Shown here: positions 29,516-39,567 of the stretch, piece by piece
Position numbering within the stretch: position 1 is the first letter of the stretch
Layout: each line of letters opens with the position of its first letter
Origin: Acidobacteriota bacterium
GTDB lineage: Bacteria; Acidobacteriota; CAIWXX01
DNA: 64,000 bases
Reading direction: 5' to 3'
NCBI GenBank assembly: GCA_040755995.1
Contig: JBFMAF010000020.1
Span: 1 to 64,000, forward strand
Program-made: the position numbers and the translations under genes
Notes under the pieces: generated by a model
Seen by the model: only the letters and a program-made list of their open reading frames with translations
Databases searched by the model: none
Told to the model about the DNA's origin: nothing

Positions 29516-30796
29516 TCATATCATCTCTCTGGGCTGGCCCGTGCTCGCCACGACACTGCTCCAGAGCGACCCGTCCGGGTCGATCTTCTTTCGTGCCGAG
29601 ACGGCCAGGCTGATCGGCACGTGTGTGAACTCGCTCCCCCAGAAGCTCACGACCAGATCTGTCCTGCCGCTCATTCCGGCGTGCACCGCATTGTGTCCCA
29701 GCATCTGGCAGTAGGCGGAGTCGTCCGCACTGGCAGGGAGACTCCGGATGGTATAACTCGGATCGATGTATTTCAGATTGATCTCCATCCCAATCCGACT
29801 GAAGTAGGACTTCATCTGGTCGCGGAGAAACACGCCGATGTCGCCGTATCGCAGGTTGCCCGACGCGTCCTTCTCGCCGGTAGCCTGCAGCAGGTCCTGG
29901 CCGGCTCCTTCGGCGACCACCACCACTCCATGCCCCCTCTTCTCCAGCCGGGCCCTCAGCGCGCTGAAGAATCCGTCAAGAGTGAACGGCACCTCGGGGA
30001 TCAGGCAGAAGTTCACTTCCGTGCCGGCCAGCACCGCGTACGCCGCGATGAAGCCTGACTCGCGCCCCATCAGCTTCACGAGCCCGATCCCGTTGCGGGC
30101 ACCCTCGGCCTCCGTGTGTGCCAGATACGTCACTCTCCGCGCCTCCGATCCGGCCGTCTCGAACCCGAATGACTTCTGGACGAAGGAGATGTCGTTGTCG
30201 ATCGTCTTGGGAATGCCCACCACGGCGATCTTGAGATGCCGCCGCTCGATCTCCTCGACAATCGCCTGAGCGCCTCGTAGCGTACCGTCCCCGCCGACGG
30301 TGAAGAGCATTCCCACGTTCATGCGCTCCAGAGTATCCACCATCTCTGCGACGTCCTGTGGCCCCCTGGAGGAACCGAGGATCGTTCCACCGGTCTCGTG
30401 GATCCGCCGGACGGATTGCGGCGTGAGCTCAAGCGGCGTGTGCCCGCACTTCGGCGCCAGCCCTTCGTAGCCGAACCGAAACCCGAAAACGGTCCTTACA
30501 CCGTAATGATGGTGAAGGCTCAGTACGATGGCCCTGATCACGTCGTTCAACCCTGGACAGAGCCCGCCACAAGTGACGATTCCGCATTTCAGCTTCGAGG
30601 GATCGAAGTAGATCCTCTCGCGCGGCCCGGCGACCTCCATCGCCGGCGGCTCTTTGCTGTCGGCTTCGCACTTCCGGATCTCCCGGATGTCGTCGTGATA
30701 TAGCACGCGCCGCGCATCGTCCACGAAACGCACACCCTTCATCGGCGAAGGAATGTGACACTCGCCCAATCTAAGTATTTCGAAGTTCAGATCCAC
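29516..30796 (-). CDS. pfkA: ATP-dependent 6-phosphofructokinase (PfkA family, long N-terminus type)
   Basis: VTCGGLCPGLN, GGTILGSSRG, GGDG (Gly at the phosphoryl-donor position, consistent with ATP), PKTIDND, MGRESG, YIDPSYTIRS. Confidence 0.92.
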   Translation of the reverse strand: MDLNFEILRLGECHIPSPMKGVRFVDDARRVLYHDDIREIRKCEADSKEPPAMEVAGPRERIYFDPSKLKCGIVTCGGLCPGLNDVIRAIVLSLHHHYGVRTVFGFRFGYEGLAPKCGHTPLELTPQSVRRIHETGGTILGSSRGPQDVAEMVDTLERMNVGMLFTVGGDGTLRGAQAIVEEIERRHLKIAVVGIPKTIDNDISFVQKSFGFETAGSEARRVTYLAHTEAEGARNGIGLVKLMGRESGFIAAYAVLAGTEVNFCLIPEVPFTLDGFFSALRARLEKRGHGVVVVAEGAGQDLLQATGEKDASGNLRYGDIGVFLRDQMKSYFSRIGMEINLKYIDPSYTIRSLPASADDSAYCQMLGHNAVHAGMSGRTDLVVSFWGSEFTHVPISLAVSARKKIDPDGSLWSSVVASTGQPREMI

Positions 30797-30974
30797 CGCC
30801 CCCCCTTCTCCTTGGGTGCCCTTCCGCCCCGCTCAACTGCCACACGCCCACCTCCAGTGGCACCGGATGCCGCACGGGGCGCCGCTATTATACAGCGCGA
30901 CATAGGTCGCACTGTATACACAACCATTTCGGTCAAACCTCCAGGCCGGTGGTGTCAGGGACCTGGGTACTCCC

Positions 30975-31003
30975 TTGACCCACCGGGCCACTCGGCCTAG
31001 ACT
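30975..31003 (+). promoter_or_regulatory. Sigma-70 promoter of a probably leaderless transcript
   Basis: TTGACC-N17-TAGACT, then 6 nt to ATG 31010; no SD. Confidence 0.65.
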
Positions 31004-31009
31004 GCCCGC

Positions 31010-33976
31010 ATGAATCCAAGAGAACTGAAACCACACGAAGCCTCTTTGAAGCTGTCGATCGCCGCGGGCATCATCGCACTTCTCGTTCCCTGGGGCGGAT
31101 GCGCAGAGCCCACTTCCTTCTCCATCGAGCAGGTGCTCGCAGCTCCATTTCCATCCGATCTCGTCGTCGCTCCCGGGGCGCAACGGGTGGCGTGGGTGTT
31201 CAACGCGAGAGGCATACGCAATATCTGGGTCGCCGACGGGCCTGATTTCACCGGCTCGGCGAGACCGATCACAAGGTTCAGAGAGGACGACGGGCAGGCC
31301 ATCACCAGCCTCCGCCTCACACCCGACGGACGCACAGCCGTGTTTGTGAGAGGCAGCGAAGCCAACGCGGCAGGGGAGATCGCGAATCCGCGCAGTCTGG
31401 CCGCTGAGATCAAGCAACAGGTGTTCGCGGTCGAGGTGGGCGGCCGGGGCGAGCCGCGGATGCTCGGCGAGATGGGTGTGCTCGAAGAAGGCGGCGAGGA
31501 CTTGCAAATCTCACCAGACGGCCAGCACGTCGTCTGGTCTGCGAACAAACAGCTCTGGGTCGCAGCCGTAGACTCCAGGGAGTCCACGACGGCGATTGCC
31601 GGCATCCGCGGATCGAACAGCCAACCCAGGTGGTCGCCGGACTCGCAGCGAATCGCGTTCGTCAGCGATCGCGACGATCATTCACTGGTCGCGGTGATCG
31701 AGCTCGGAGGCAAGAGTGTACTCTACCTCTCGCCCAGCGCGGACCGTGACGCTCTTCCGCGCTGGTCGCCGGACGGCAGATTGATCGCGTTCGTCCGGCT
31801 GCCGGGCAAGCAGCGCAGAATGCCGATCATCCCGGAACCGCCCACCCCCTGGTCGATCTGGGTGGCCGACCCGACCAACGGCGCAGGGCGCGAGGTGTGG
31901 CGAAGCGGGGAAGAGCCGGACGACTCGTTCCCGTTTCTTACGGCGGATCGTTCGTTCTGTTTCGCGGCCGGGGCCAGGCTCGTATTCGCATCCGAGCAGG
32001 ATGGGCGCAACCATCTGTATTCGGTCCCGGTCGATGGGGGCCAAGCCCGGCTCCTCACGCCGGGCGATTTCGACGTCGAACACGTGACCCTGAGCGCCGA
32101 CCGGACCTCGGTGCTATACACGTCGAATCAAGGAGACGTGGACCGCCGGCACGTCTGGCGAGTGCCCACGGGCGCGGGCGCGCCGAAGGCGCTCACATCC
32201 GGTGAAGGTGTCGAGTGGTCGCCCGTCGAGACGGCAGGCGGCGATGCTGTTCTGTGTCTAGCCTCGTCGGCAACGAAGCCCGCGACGCCTTGCCTCGTCA
32301 CACCCGGCCCCGTGCGCGCCATCGCGGATAGGGCCCTTCCGAGCGACTTCCCATCGGAGAAACTTGTCACACCGCAGCAGGTCATCCTCAAGAGCCAGGA
32401 CGGAGTGACGGTGCACGGCCAGCTGTTCGTTCCTCGCCAGCACGCCACGGCGCCGATGCCCGCGGTCATCTTCATTCACGGAGGTCCCGTTCGTCAAATG
32501 GTCCTCGGGTTCCACTACCTGGACTACTATCATCACGCGTATGCGATGAATCAGTACCTCGCGAATCGCGGATACGTAGTGCTGTCCGTGAACTTCCGAA
32601 CCGGCATCATGTACGGCCGCGCGTTCCGCGAGGCGGAGGCGGCCGGTTGGAGAGGCTCCTCGGAATACACGGATATCGTTGCGGCGGCCCGGTACCTGGC
32701 CGCCCGCGCAGATGTGGACCCCAGGCGCATCGGCCTGTGGGGCGGTTCCTACGGCGGGCTGCTGACGGCCCTGGCGCTCGCGCGCAACTCGGACCTCTTC
32801 GCCGCAGGCGTCGATCTGCATGGAGTTCACGACTGGTCGGCATTTCTTTCATGGCTGTCTGATGCGGCCGAGCGGCCGCCTGATCTTGACGAGGCGATGA
32901 GGCTCGCCTTCACATCCTCTCCTGTGGCGGCCATCGATACGTGGCGTTCCCCCGTGCTGCTGATCCACGGCGACGATGACCGGAACGTGCCATTCAGCGA
33001 GACAACCGACCTTGTGCAGCGCCTGAGGGCGCAGCACGTACCGTTCGAAGAACTCGTGCTCCCGGATGAGGTCCATGATTTCCTCACCTGGGAGAGTTGG
33101 GTACGTGTGTACCGGGCGACGGCCGATTTCCTCGACCGGAGGCTCATGGGGGTTAATTCAGGAGGTGTGCGAGTGAGCGAGCGGATGACTCGTTCGGCCG
33201 ATGGGGTCCAAATAGCCTACAGCGCTGCGGGCAGCGGCCCCCTCGCGCTCGTCTTCATTCACGGCGGATTTGCGGACCGGTCTTTCTGGTCCAATCAACT
33301 CACGTCGCTGGCCGGTCGCTACCGCGTCCTAGCTGTGGACCTGGCCGGGCACGGCGCATCGGGTGGCGACAGGAAGCAGTGGACGCTTCAATCTCTCGGG
33401 GAGGACGTGCGTGCGGTCGTTGAGGCCGAGAGGCTCGATCGAGTCGTCGTGATCGGGAACTCGATGGGAGGCCCGGTGGCGCTCGAGGCTGCGCGCCTGA
33501 TGCCCGGCCGTGCGATTGCTGTGATCGGCGTCGACACCTTCCACCTTCTGGCGTATCGTCCTGACCCGAAGGAGTGGGAGGCACGGATGGAGGCATTCAG
33601 GAAGGACCGGCGCGGAACCTGCGAAGAGATGGTCAAGCAGCTATTCCACCGGGATGCAGATCCCGCGCTCGTGGAGAACGTCCGGGCCCGAATGTGCCAG
33701 CAATCCACAGAGGGTGCAGTGCTGGCGCTGTCTGGGCTCGAAGACTACGACGGCGAGGCCGCCGCGCGGGCGGTGAAGGTACCCATCGGCTGCGTGAACG
33801 GCGACCTGTATCCGACCAATGTCGAGGCGAATCGCGCGACAGCTCCGGGATTTCAGGCCGTCATAATGCCCCACATGGGACACTACCCGATGCTGGAGCG
33901 TCCGGTGGAATTCGACCGAAACCTGGATGAGTTGATCACGCGACTCCTTGGAGAACCGGGTCCGAAGAGACCGTGA
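31010..33976 (+). CDS. Secreted S9 prolyl oligopeptidase-family peptidase fused in frame to a second alpha/beta hydrolase
   Basis: Signal peptide, PD40-type propeller (WSPD repeats), IHGGP, GGSYGG, HGDDDRNV, DEVH; then IHGG, DLAGHGAS, GNSMGG, GHYPMLERP. Confidence 0.88.
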   Translation: MNPRELKPHEASLKLSIAAGIIALLVPWGGCAEPTSFSIEQVLAAPFPSDLVVAPGAQRVAWVFNARGIRNIWVADGPDFTGSARPITRFREDDGQAITSLRLTPDGRTAVFVRGSEANAAGEIANPRSLAAEIKQQVFAVEVGGRGEPRMLGEMGVLEEGGEDLQISPDGQHVVWSANKQLWVAAVDSRESTTAIAGIRGSNSQPRWSPDSQRIAFVSDRDDHSLVAVIELGGKSVLYLSPSADRDALPRWSPDGRLIAFVRLPGKQRRMPIIPEPPTPWSIWVADPTNGAGREVWRSGEEPDDSFPFLTADRSFCFAAGARLVFASEQDGRNHLYSVPVDGGQARLLTPGDFDVEHVTLSADRTSVLYTSNQGDVDRRHVWRVPTGAGAPKALTSGEGVEWSPVETAGGDAVLCLASSATKPATPCLVTPGPVRAIADRALPSDFPSEKLVTPQQVILKSQDGVTVHGQLFVPRQHATAPMPAVIFIHGGPVRQMVLGFHYLDYYHHAYAMNQYLANRGYVVLSVNFRTGIMYGRAFREAEAAGWRGSSEYTDIVAAARYLAARADVDPRRIGLWGGSYGGLLTALALARNSDLFAAGVDLHGVHDWSAFLSWLSDAAERPPDLDEAMRLAFTSSPVAAIDTWRSPVLLIHGDDDRNVPFSETTDLVQRLRAQHVPFEELVLPDEVHDFLTWESWVRVYRATADFLDRRLMGVNSGGVRVSERMTRSADGVQIAYSAAGSGPLALVFIHGGFADRSFWSNQLTSLAGRYRVLAVDLAGHGASGGDRKQWTLQSLGEDVRAVVEAERLDRVVVIGNSMGGPVALEAARLMPGRAIAVIGVDTFHLLAYRPDPKEWEARMEAFRKDRRGTCEEMVKQLFHRDADPALVENVRARMCQQSTEGAVLALSGLEDYDGEAAARAVKVPIGCVNGDLYPTNVEANRATAPGFQAVIMPHMGHYPMLERPVEFDRNLDELITRLLGEPGPKRP
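33173..33976 (+). CDS. Possible independently initiated alpha/beta hydrolase (internal in-frame start)
   Basis: GGAGGT at 33161-33166, 6 nt before in-frame GTG 33173, at the domain boundary. Confidence 0.5.
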   Translation: MSERMTRSADGVQIAYSAAGSGPLALVFIHGGFADRSFWSNQLTSLAGRYRVLAVDLAGHGASGGDRKQWTLQSLGEDVRAVVEAERLDRVVVIGNSMGGPVALEAARLMPGRAIAVIGVDTFHLLAYRPDPKEWEARMEAFRKDRRGTCEEMVKQLFHRDADPALVENVRARMCQQSTEGAVLALSGLEDYDGEAAARAVKVPIGCVNGDLYPTNVEANRATAPGFQAVIMPHMGHYPMLERPVEFDRNLDELITRLLGEPGPKRP

Positions 33977-34091
33977 CGTAGCAGCCTCGCCTCACCTTCT
34001 ACTGTGCCGTGGTCGAGGCCGAGCCGGTACCTCCCGCACCTGCCCCCGGAAGGCGTAGGCGGTCGACACCGCTTCGCCGCGGCAGTCAATC

Positions 34092-34121
34092 TTGAAACTC
34101 ATTGTCACAATGCGATACACT
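34092..34121 (+). promoter_or_regulatory. Putative promoter with a palindrome in its spacer
   Basis: TTGAAA-N18-TACACT; CATTGT-C-ACAATG at 34100-34112. Confidence 0.55.
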
Positions 34122-34207
34122 CTTCAATGAATGGGAACCGAACGAAGTGCCGGGCAGCGGGGAAAAGGACGGAGAGAGACGGCTCTCCGGAAGTCAAGGA
34201 GAGACAG

Positions 34208-34561
34208 ATGGCAAGTGCAGAGTTCAAGAGCTTCGCGTCCCCGGACGAGGTTCGCACGTTTGAAAAAGGGCGTTTGGAGCTTATCAACATCGGAGGCGGG
34301 ATCGTGGGCAAGCTGACGCTCGAACCCGGCTGGCGATGGTCGACACACGTCAAGCCGATTGCCAAGACAGACTCGTGCCTGGCCCCCCACTTCCAGTACC
34401 AGATGAGCGGGAAGCTGCACGTGGTGATGGACGACGGCCGGCAGTTCGATCTTCGGGCCGGCGACGTTTCCGCGCTGCCTCAGGGGCATGACGCCTGGGT
34501 CGTAGGCGAGGCGCCGGTGGTGCTCGTGGACTGGGCCGGGGCGACCAACTACGCCAAGTAG
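34208..34561 (+). CDS. Cupin domain protein
   Basis: PDEVRTFEKG, EPGWRWSTHVKP, CLAPH, LPQGHDAWVVG; AAGGAG SD. Confidence 0.9.
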   Translation: MASAEFKSFASPDEVRTFEKGRLELINIGGGIVGKLTLEPGWRWSTHVKPIAKTDSCLAPHFQYQMSGKLHVVMDDGRQFDLRAGDVSALPQGHDAWVVGEAPVVLVDWAGATNYAK

Positions 34562-34771
34562 CGCCCGGCTGGCAATTGTCGACGGAGCGCGGCGCGCTGC
34601 GGAGGCCGTCGCTGTGCGCCGCGCATCCTCGGTTCGTCGGCGCGACCCGTCCCCTACGAAGTCAAGACCGGGTCTCGCCTGTTCTTTCCGCCTGAATCAG
34701 CGCCTGTGGGGCGAGCCACCAGGGAACTCGCGCGCTCCAGTCTGCGTATGTCAGATTGGAGGGTTTTTCCG

Positions 34772-35056
34772 ATGATCGAACTATTGGGGTTGGCTGTGCT
34801 CGGTGTCGTATTTGTCGCCTTTGCACTCGTGGTCGGCCTCGTCGTGGGGATAGTCAAGCTGGCCTTCAAGCTGCTTCTGATACCGCTCGGGCTCGCCGCT
34901 CTCGCGCTGAAGCTGCTGATCCTGGTCCCCCTCGCGTTGATCCTCGTATTCGCGATCGGGCCGATACTGCTGGGAATCGGACTCGCCGTTCTGCTGCCGG
35001 TGCTGGTGGTGGCCGGGCTCGTCTGGGGTGCGGCTCGCCTGGCAGCTACCGTTTGA
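34772..35056 (+). CDS. Small hydrophobic membrane protein
   Basis: 94 aa, almost entirely hydrophobic; GGAGG SD before ATG 34772. Confidence 0.75.
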   Translation: MIELLGLAVLGVVFVAFALVVGLVVGIVKLAFKLLLIPLGLAALALKLLILVPLALILVFAIGPILLGIGLAVLLPVLVVAGLVWGAARLAATV

Positions 35057-35078
35057 GATACTTTCGTCGCCTGCGGCC

Positions 35079-36683
<1,605 letters not shown>

Positions 36684-36814
36684 CGATGTTCCTCCTTGAC
36701 TTGCGCCTCAGGCCACCTGGGCCTACGACTTGCACAGCGCCGGCGCGACGCCGCTCCGCGCATTATAGATAAGACTTCCGCCAGCATGCATTGCCTTCGG
36801 GATTTCAATCCCGA

Positions 36815-36844
36815 ACTGTAACCGCCCCCCCCGCGCCGTGTCAA
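36815..36844 (-). promoter_or_regulatory. Putative sigma-70 promoter for pckA
   Basis: Minus strand TTGACA-N18-TACAGT. Confidence 0.6.
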
Positions 36845-37026
36845 GCTCGCGGCGAGTCCAGCGATATACAAGAGCGGCGAGTGGACGCCGCAGGACCACG
36901 ACAGCATGCTCGATCTCCTGGGCTGGGCCCTCGGCCGGGGCATCCGGCTCGGATCATCCGATCACAAAGGCGGAACGCAGTCCGGGCCAGACGCGGCGAT
37001 TCGGAGTTGGTGAAGATCGGGGGCGG

Positions 37027-37500
37027 TCATCGATCCGTCTGGGTCCCAGATCTGGTCTCTTGATGTTCACCCTGACGCATGGGTTCTCTGACTGGTTGGG
37101 TCTGCGATGGCGACGGCGAGAAGAGGGGGCGCGGTACGCTGGGTCCGGACCGGAATGCGCGAGTTGGACTCGGTGTTGGCGGAGTCTGGTCCTGAGGCCG
37201 CTCGTGCGTTGCCAGCTCGCGGATGTAATTCCGGTGGCTGTCACGCCAGATGATGATCATCGGTGTCGCGATGCCGACACCCAGCGCCGTCGCATGCACG
37301 AGGAGCAGCCACAGCGCACCACGGCGTCGAAACACCGCATACATGATCCAGGAACTGACGAAATAGCCCGCGTAGAAGCTCCAAGCCAGAAACGTGGCCA
37401 GTCCTCTGAACATTCCACCCGTCGAACGGTCCGAGAGAGTGATGAGAACGGCGACCACGGCCATGACACTCAACGCGCTCAAGTGCAGAAGAGTCTTCAT
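37027..37500 (-). CDS. Hypothetical membrane protein (3 TM + Pro-rich tail)
   Basis: Three hydrophobic segments; ATG 37500 overlaps the upstream stop (ATGA). Confidence 0.65.
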   Translation of the reverse strand: MKTLLHLSALSVMAVVAVLITLSDRSTGGMFRGLATFLAWSFYAGYFVSSWIMYAVFRRRGALWLLLVHATALGVGIATPMIIIWRDSHRNYIRELATHERPQDQTPPTPSPTRAFRSGPSVPRPLFSPSPSQTQPVREPMRQGEHQETRSGTQTDR

Positions 37501-38441
37501 GAGCAGCTCCAACCATAGCGGCGTTTTGGTTCAGCTCCGGGCCCTCTCCATCGGGCCTGGGAACGATCATTGCCGATCGGAGGTCGGACGGCCACAAATA
37601 CTGAGTCCAGGCGCAAGAGCCAGGTTTCGATCGACCTCCAGACCTCCTCGCTCGCGGGAACGTCGTTGTGATGCGCGCCCGGGACAAGTATCAGCTCCTT
37701 CGGCCCGGCGAGCGCGGCATAGATGCGCTGCGAATGGCTCGGCGCCGTCTCCGAGTCGCGCTCGCCGTGCAGCAGCAGGACCGGCACCCGCACAAGGCTC
37801 GCCGCGCGCAGCGGTGAAACCTCCTCTGGAGAAAACCGGCCGCGCCGCCCTGCAATCGAAAGAGCCTCTTCGATCTCTCTCCTGGTGGCAAACCACGGCG
37901 CACGTTCGCTGACGATCGAGGGCAGATCGGCGAATGGGGCAATTGCCACCACACCGGCAACTCGGCGGTCCGAAGCGGCTGCCTGCAGGGCGACGGCGGC
38001 GCCGAGAGAGGTGCCGAAGAGGACCGCGCGCTGCGCACCTAGCGCGTCCAGCGCTCTCGCGAGGTCTTGCTTCTCATAGAAGCCGTAGGTGCAGGCGTCG
38101 CCGGTCGAATCGCCATGTGCCCGGCTGTCATAGGCGAACACGTCACACCCGCGAGGCACGAGGCGATGGGCGAAGCCCATGGCCGATTGTCGATTGTCGG
38201 CGATTCCGTGGAGGTAGACGAGTAGGGCTCTCCTGACGACCGGCGTGCGGAACAGCCAGCCCTTCAGAGTCACGCTTCGATTGCTGAAGGTGATCGGTTC
38301 GAAGGGGATGTCCGGCGTGGCTGTCACTGGGCGCCGTCGTGGATGCAGAATCGCGTTGGCGCCCCACTCCGGCGGAAGGCAGCTCGCCGCGGTGATGGCC
38401 AGGAGACTCGCCGCGACAGCCGGTGCAATCGGTCGTTTCAC
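37497..38441 (-). CDS. Alpha/beta hydrolase, possibly a lipoprotein
   Basis: Signal ending AAS-C, YLHGIADNR, DSRAHGDS, GTSLG nucleophile elbow, LLHGERD, GAHHND. Confidence 0.9.
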   Translation of the reverse strand: MKRPIAPAVAASLLAITAASCLPPEWGANAILHPRRRPVTATPDIPFEPITFSNRSVTLKGWLFRTPVVRRALLVYLHGIADNRQSAMGFAHRLVPRGCDVFAYDSRAHGDSTGDACTYGFYEKQDLARALDALGAQRAVLFGTSLGAAVALQAAASDRRVAGVVAIAPFADLPSIVSERAPWFATRREIEEALSIAGRRGRFSPEEVSPLRAASLVRVPVLLLHGERDSETAPSHSQRIYAALAGPKELILVPGAHHNDVPASEEVWRSIETWLLRLDSVFVAVRPPIGNDRSQARWRGPGAEPKRRYGWSCS

Positions 38442-38685
38442 ATCCTTCCATACGCCACCGAACCCGGTTCTGTTCCGGATCGCGCGGAGGCCGATCGTTC
38501 GAGATCGGCCGCCCGTTGCAGTCGGCTCGCCTGTCCTTCAGCCGCCTGAGTTCACGGCCTCTTCGGCCTCGCGGCCGGAGCTTCCTTGGCGCCCATTTGC
38601 GCCACCAGAGCGACGAGCTCCTGGAGTGGCCTTCGCGGACGCGATTCTCGGCTCCCGGTCGGGCGATCATGTCCCGATATTATCA

Positions 38686-38718
38686 TTGAAAATCCGCAGA
38701 TCAACTGCGGATTTCCAA
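38686..38718. promoter_or_regulatory. 14-bp inverted repeat (1 mismatch) between divergent genes
   Basis: TTGAAAATCCGCAG-atcaa-CTGCGGATTTCCAA. Confidence 0.5.
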
Positions 38719-38849
38719 GGAACGCCATTGGATAGCCCCCCATTCCGGACCACTGCGCGGAAAAAATGGACAGGATTCGCCTTGATTCCCATGCACCGAC
38801 TGGTCCATCATTTGCCATCAGGAAGAGAACGCGCCACGGGGAGGTTATC

Positions 38850-39423
38850 GTGAGGAAAACGGCTGCTGTCATCATGCTCTGGTTACTTTGCGCGGGCGGG
38901 AGTGTCGCGAGTGGAACGGAGATCTCCCCGGCGCCGGAGCCCGCGCTCGTTATCATCGACATCCAGAACTTCTACTTCGAGAGCGGTCTGCTGCCGCTGG
39001 CGGGCAGCGTCGAGGCGAGTCTGAAGGCGAAGACCGTGCTGGAGAAGTTTCGGGCCAAGGGTTTGCCCGTCATCCACATCCGGCACGAATCGAAGAAGGC
39101 AGTCGAGGAAGGCAGGACGAATGATCCGCAGCATGCCATACATCCCAACGAGGCTCCGATCGCCGGAGAGAAGGTCATCACGAAGCACTACGCCAACAGC
39201 TTCCGCGAAACTGAGCTAATCGAGTACCTGAGGGAGAAGCAGATCCACAGGCTCGTGCTGTGCGGGATGCAGACCCACATGTGCCTCGAAGCGACGGCGC
39301 GCGCTGAAGTTCGGGGAAGTTGAGGTACCGGCGTTCATGGTGCATGCTACGGCACTCGCGACTCTCGACGGCACCTATGCCCGGATCGTCAGCGCCGATC
39401 AAGTGATCGTGGAAATGAAGTGA
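38850..39423 (+). pseudogene. Secreted isochorismatase-family cysteine hydrolase broken by a frame-shifting internal deletion
   Basis: ALVIIDIQNFYF, ITKHYANSF, CGMQTHMCLEATARA then stop at 39323; the C-terminus ALKFGEVEVPAFMVHATALATLDGTYARIVSADQ lies in another frame (39301-39423). Confidence 0.85.
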
Positions 39424-39465
39424 GACAGTCGAAAGCTCGGGGGACGGCGTGGCTGCGGACGGTGA

Positions 39466-39502
39466 AGCCGACGCGGGGATGCGGGGACGCGGAGTCACGG
39501 AG
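39466..39502. repeat. Octamer tandem repeat (4 units), reverse complement of the 29.4-kb family
   Basis: agccg acgcgggg atgcgggg acgcggag tcacggag. Confidence 0.6.
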
Positions 39503-39567
39503 AGCAGATCGAATGGCGGCTCTCGCGCCGCCTGGCGATACGCAGCCTCGGTAGGCGAGCACCTCCC

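Noticed and set aside
37038..37062. LG(P/S)RSG peptide recurring in shadow ORFs at ~37040, ~38645 and ~41150
   Set aside because: The DNA sequences differ substantially and the frames are non-coding; likely chance.
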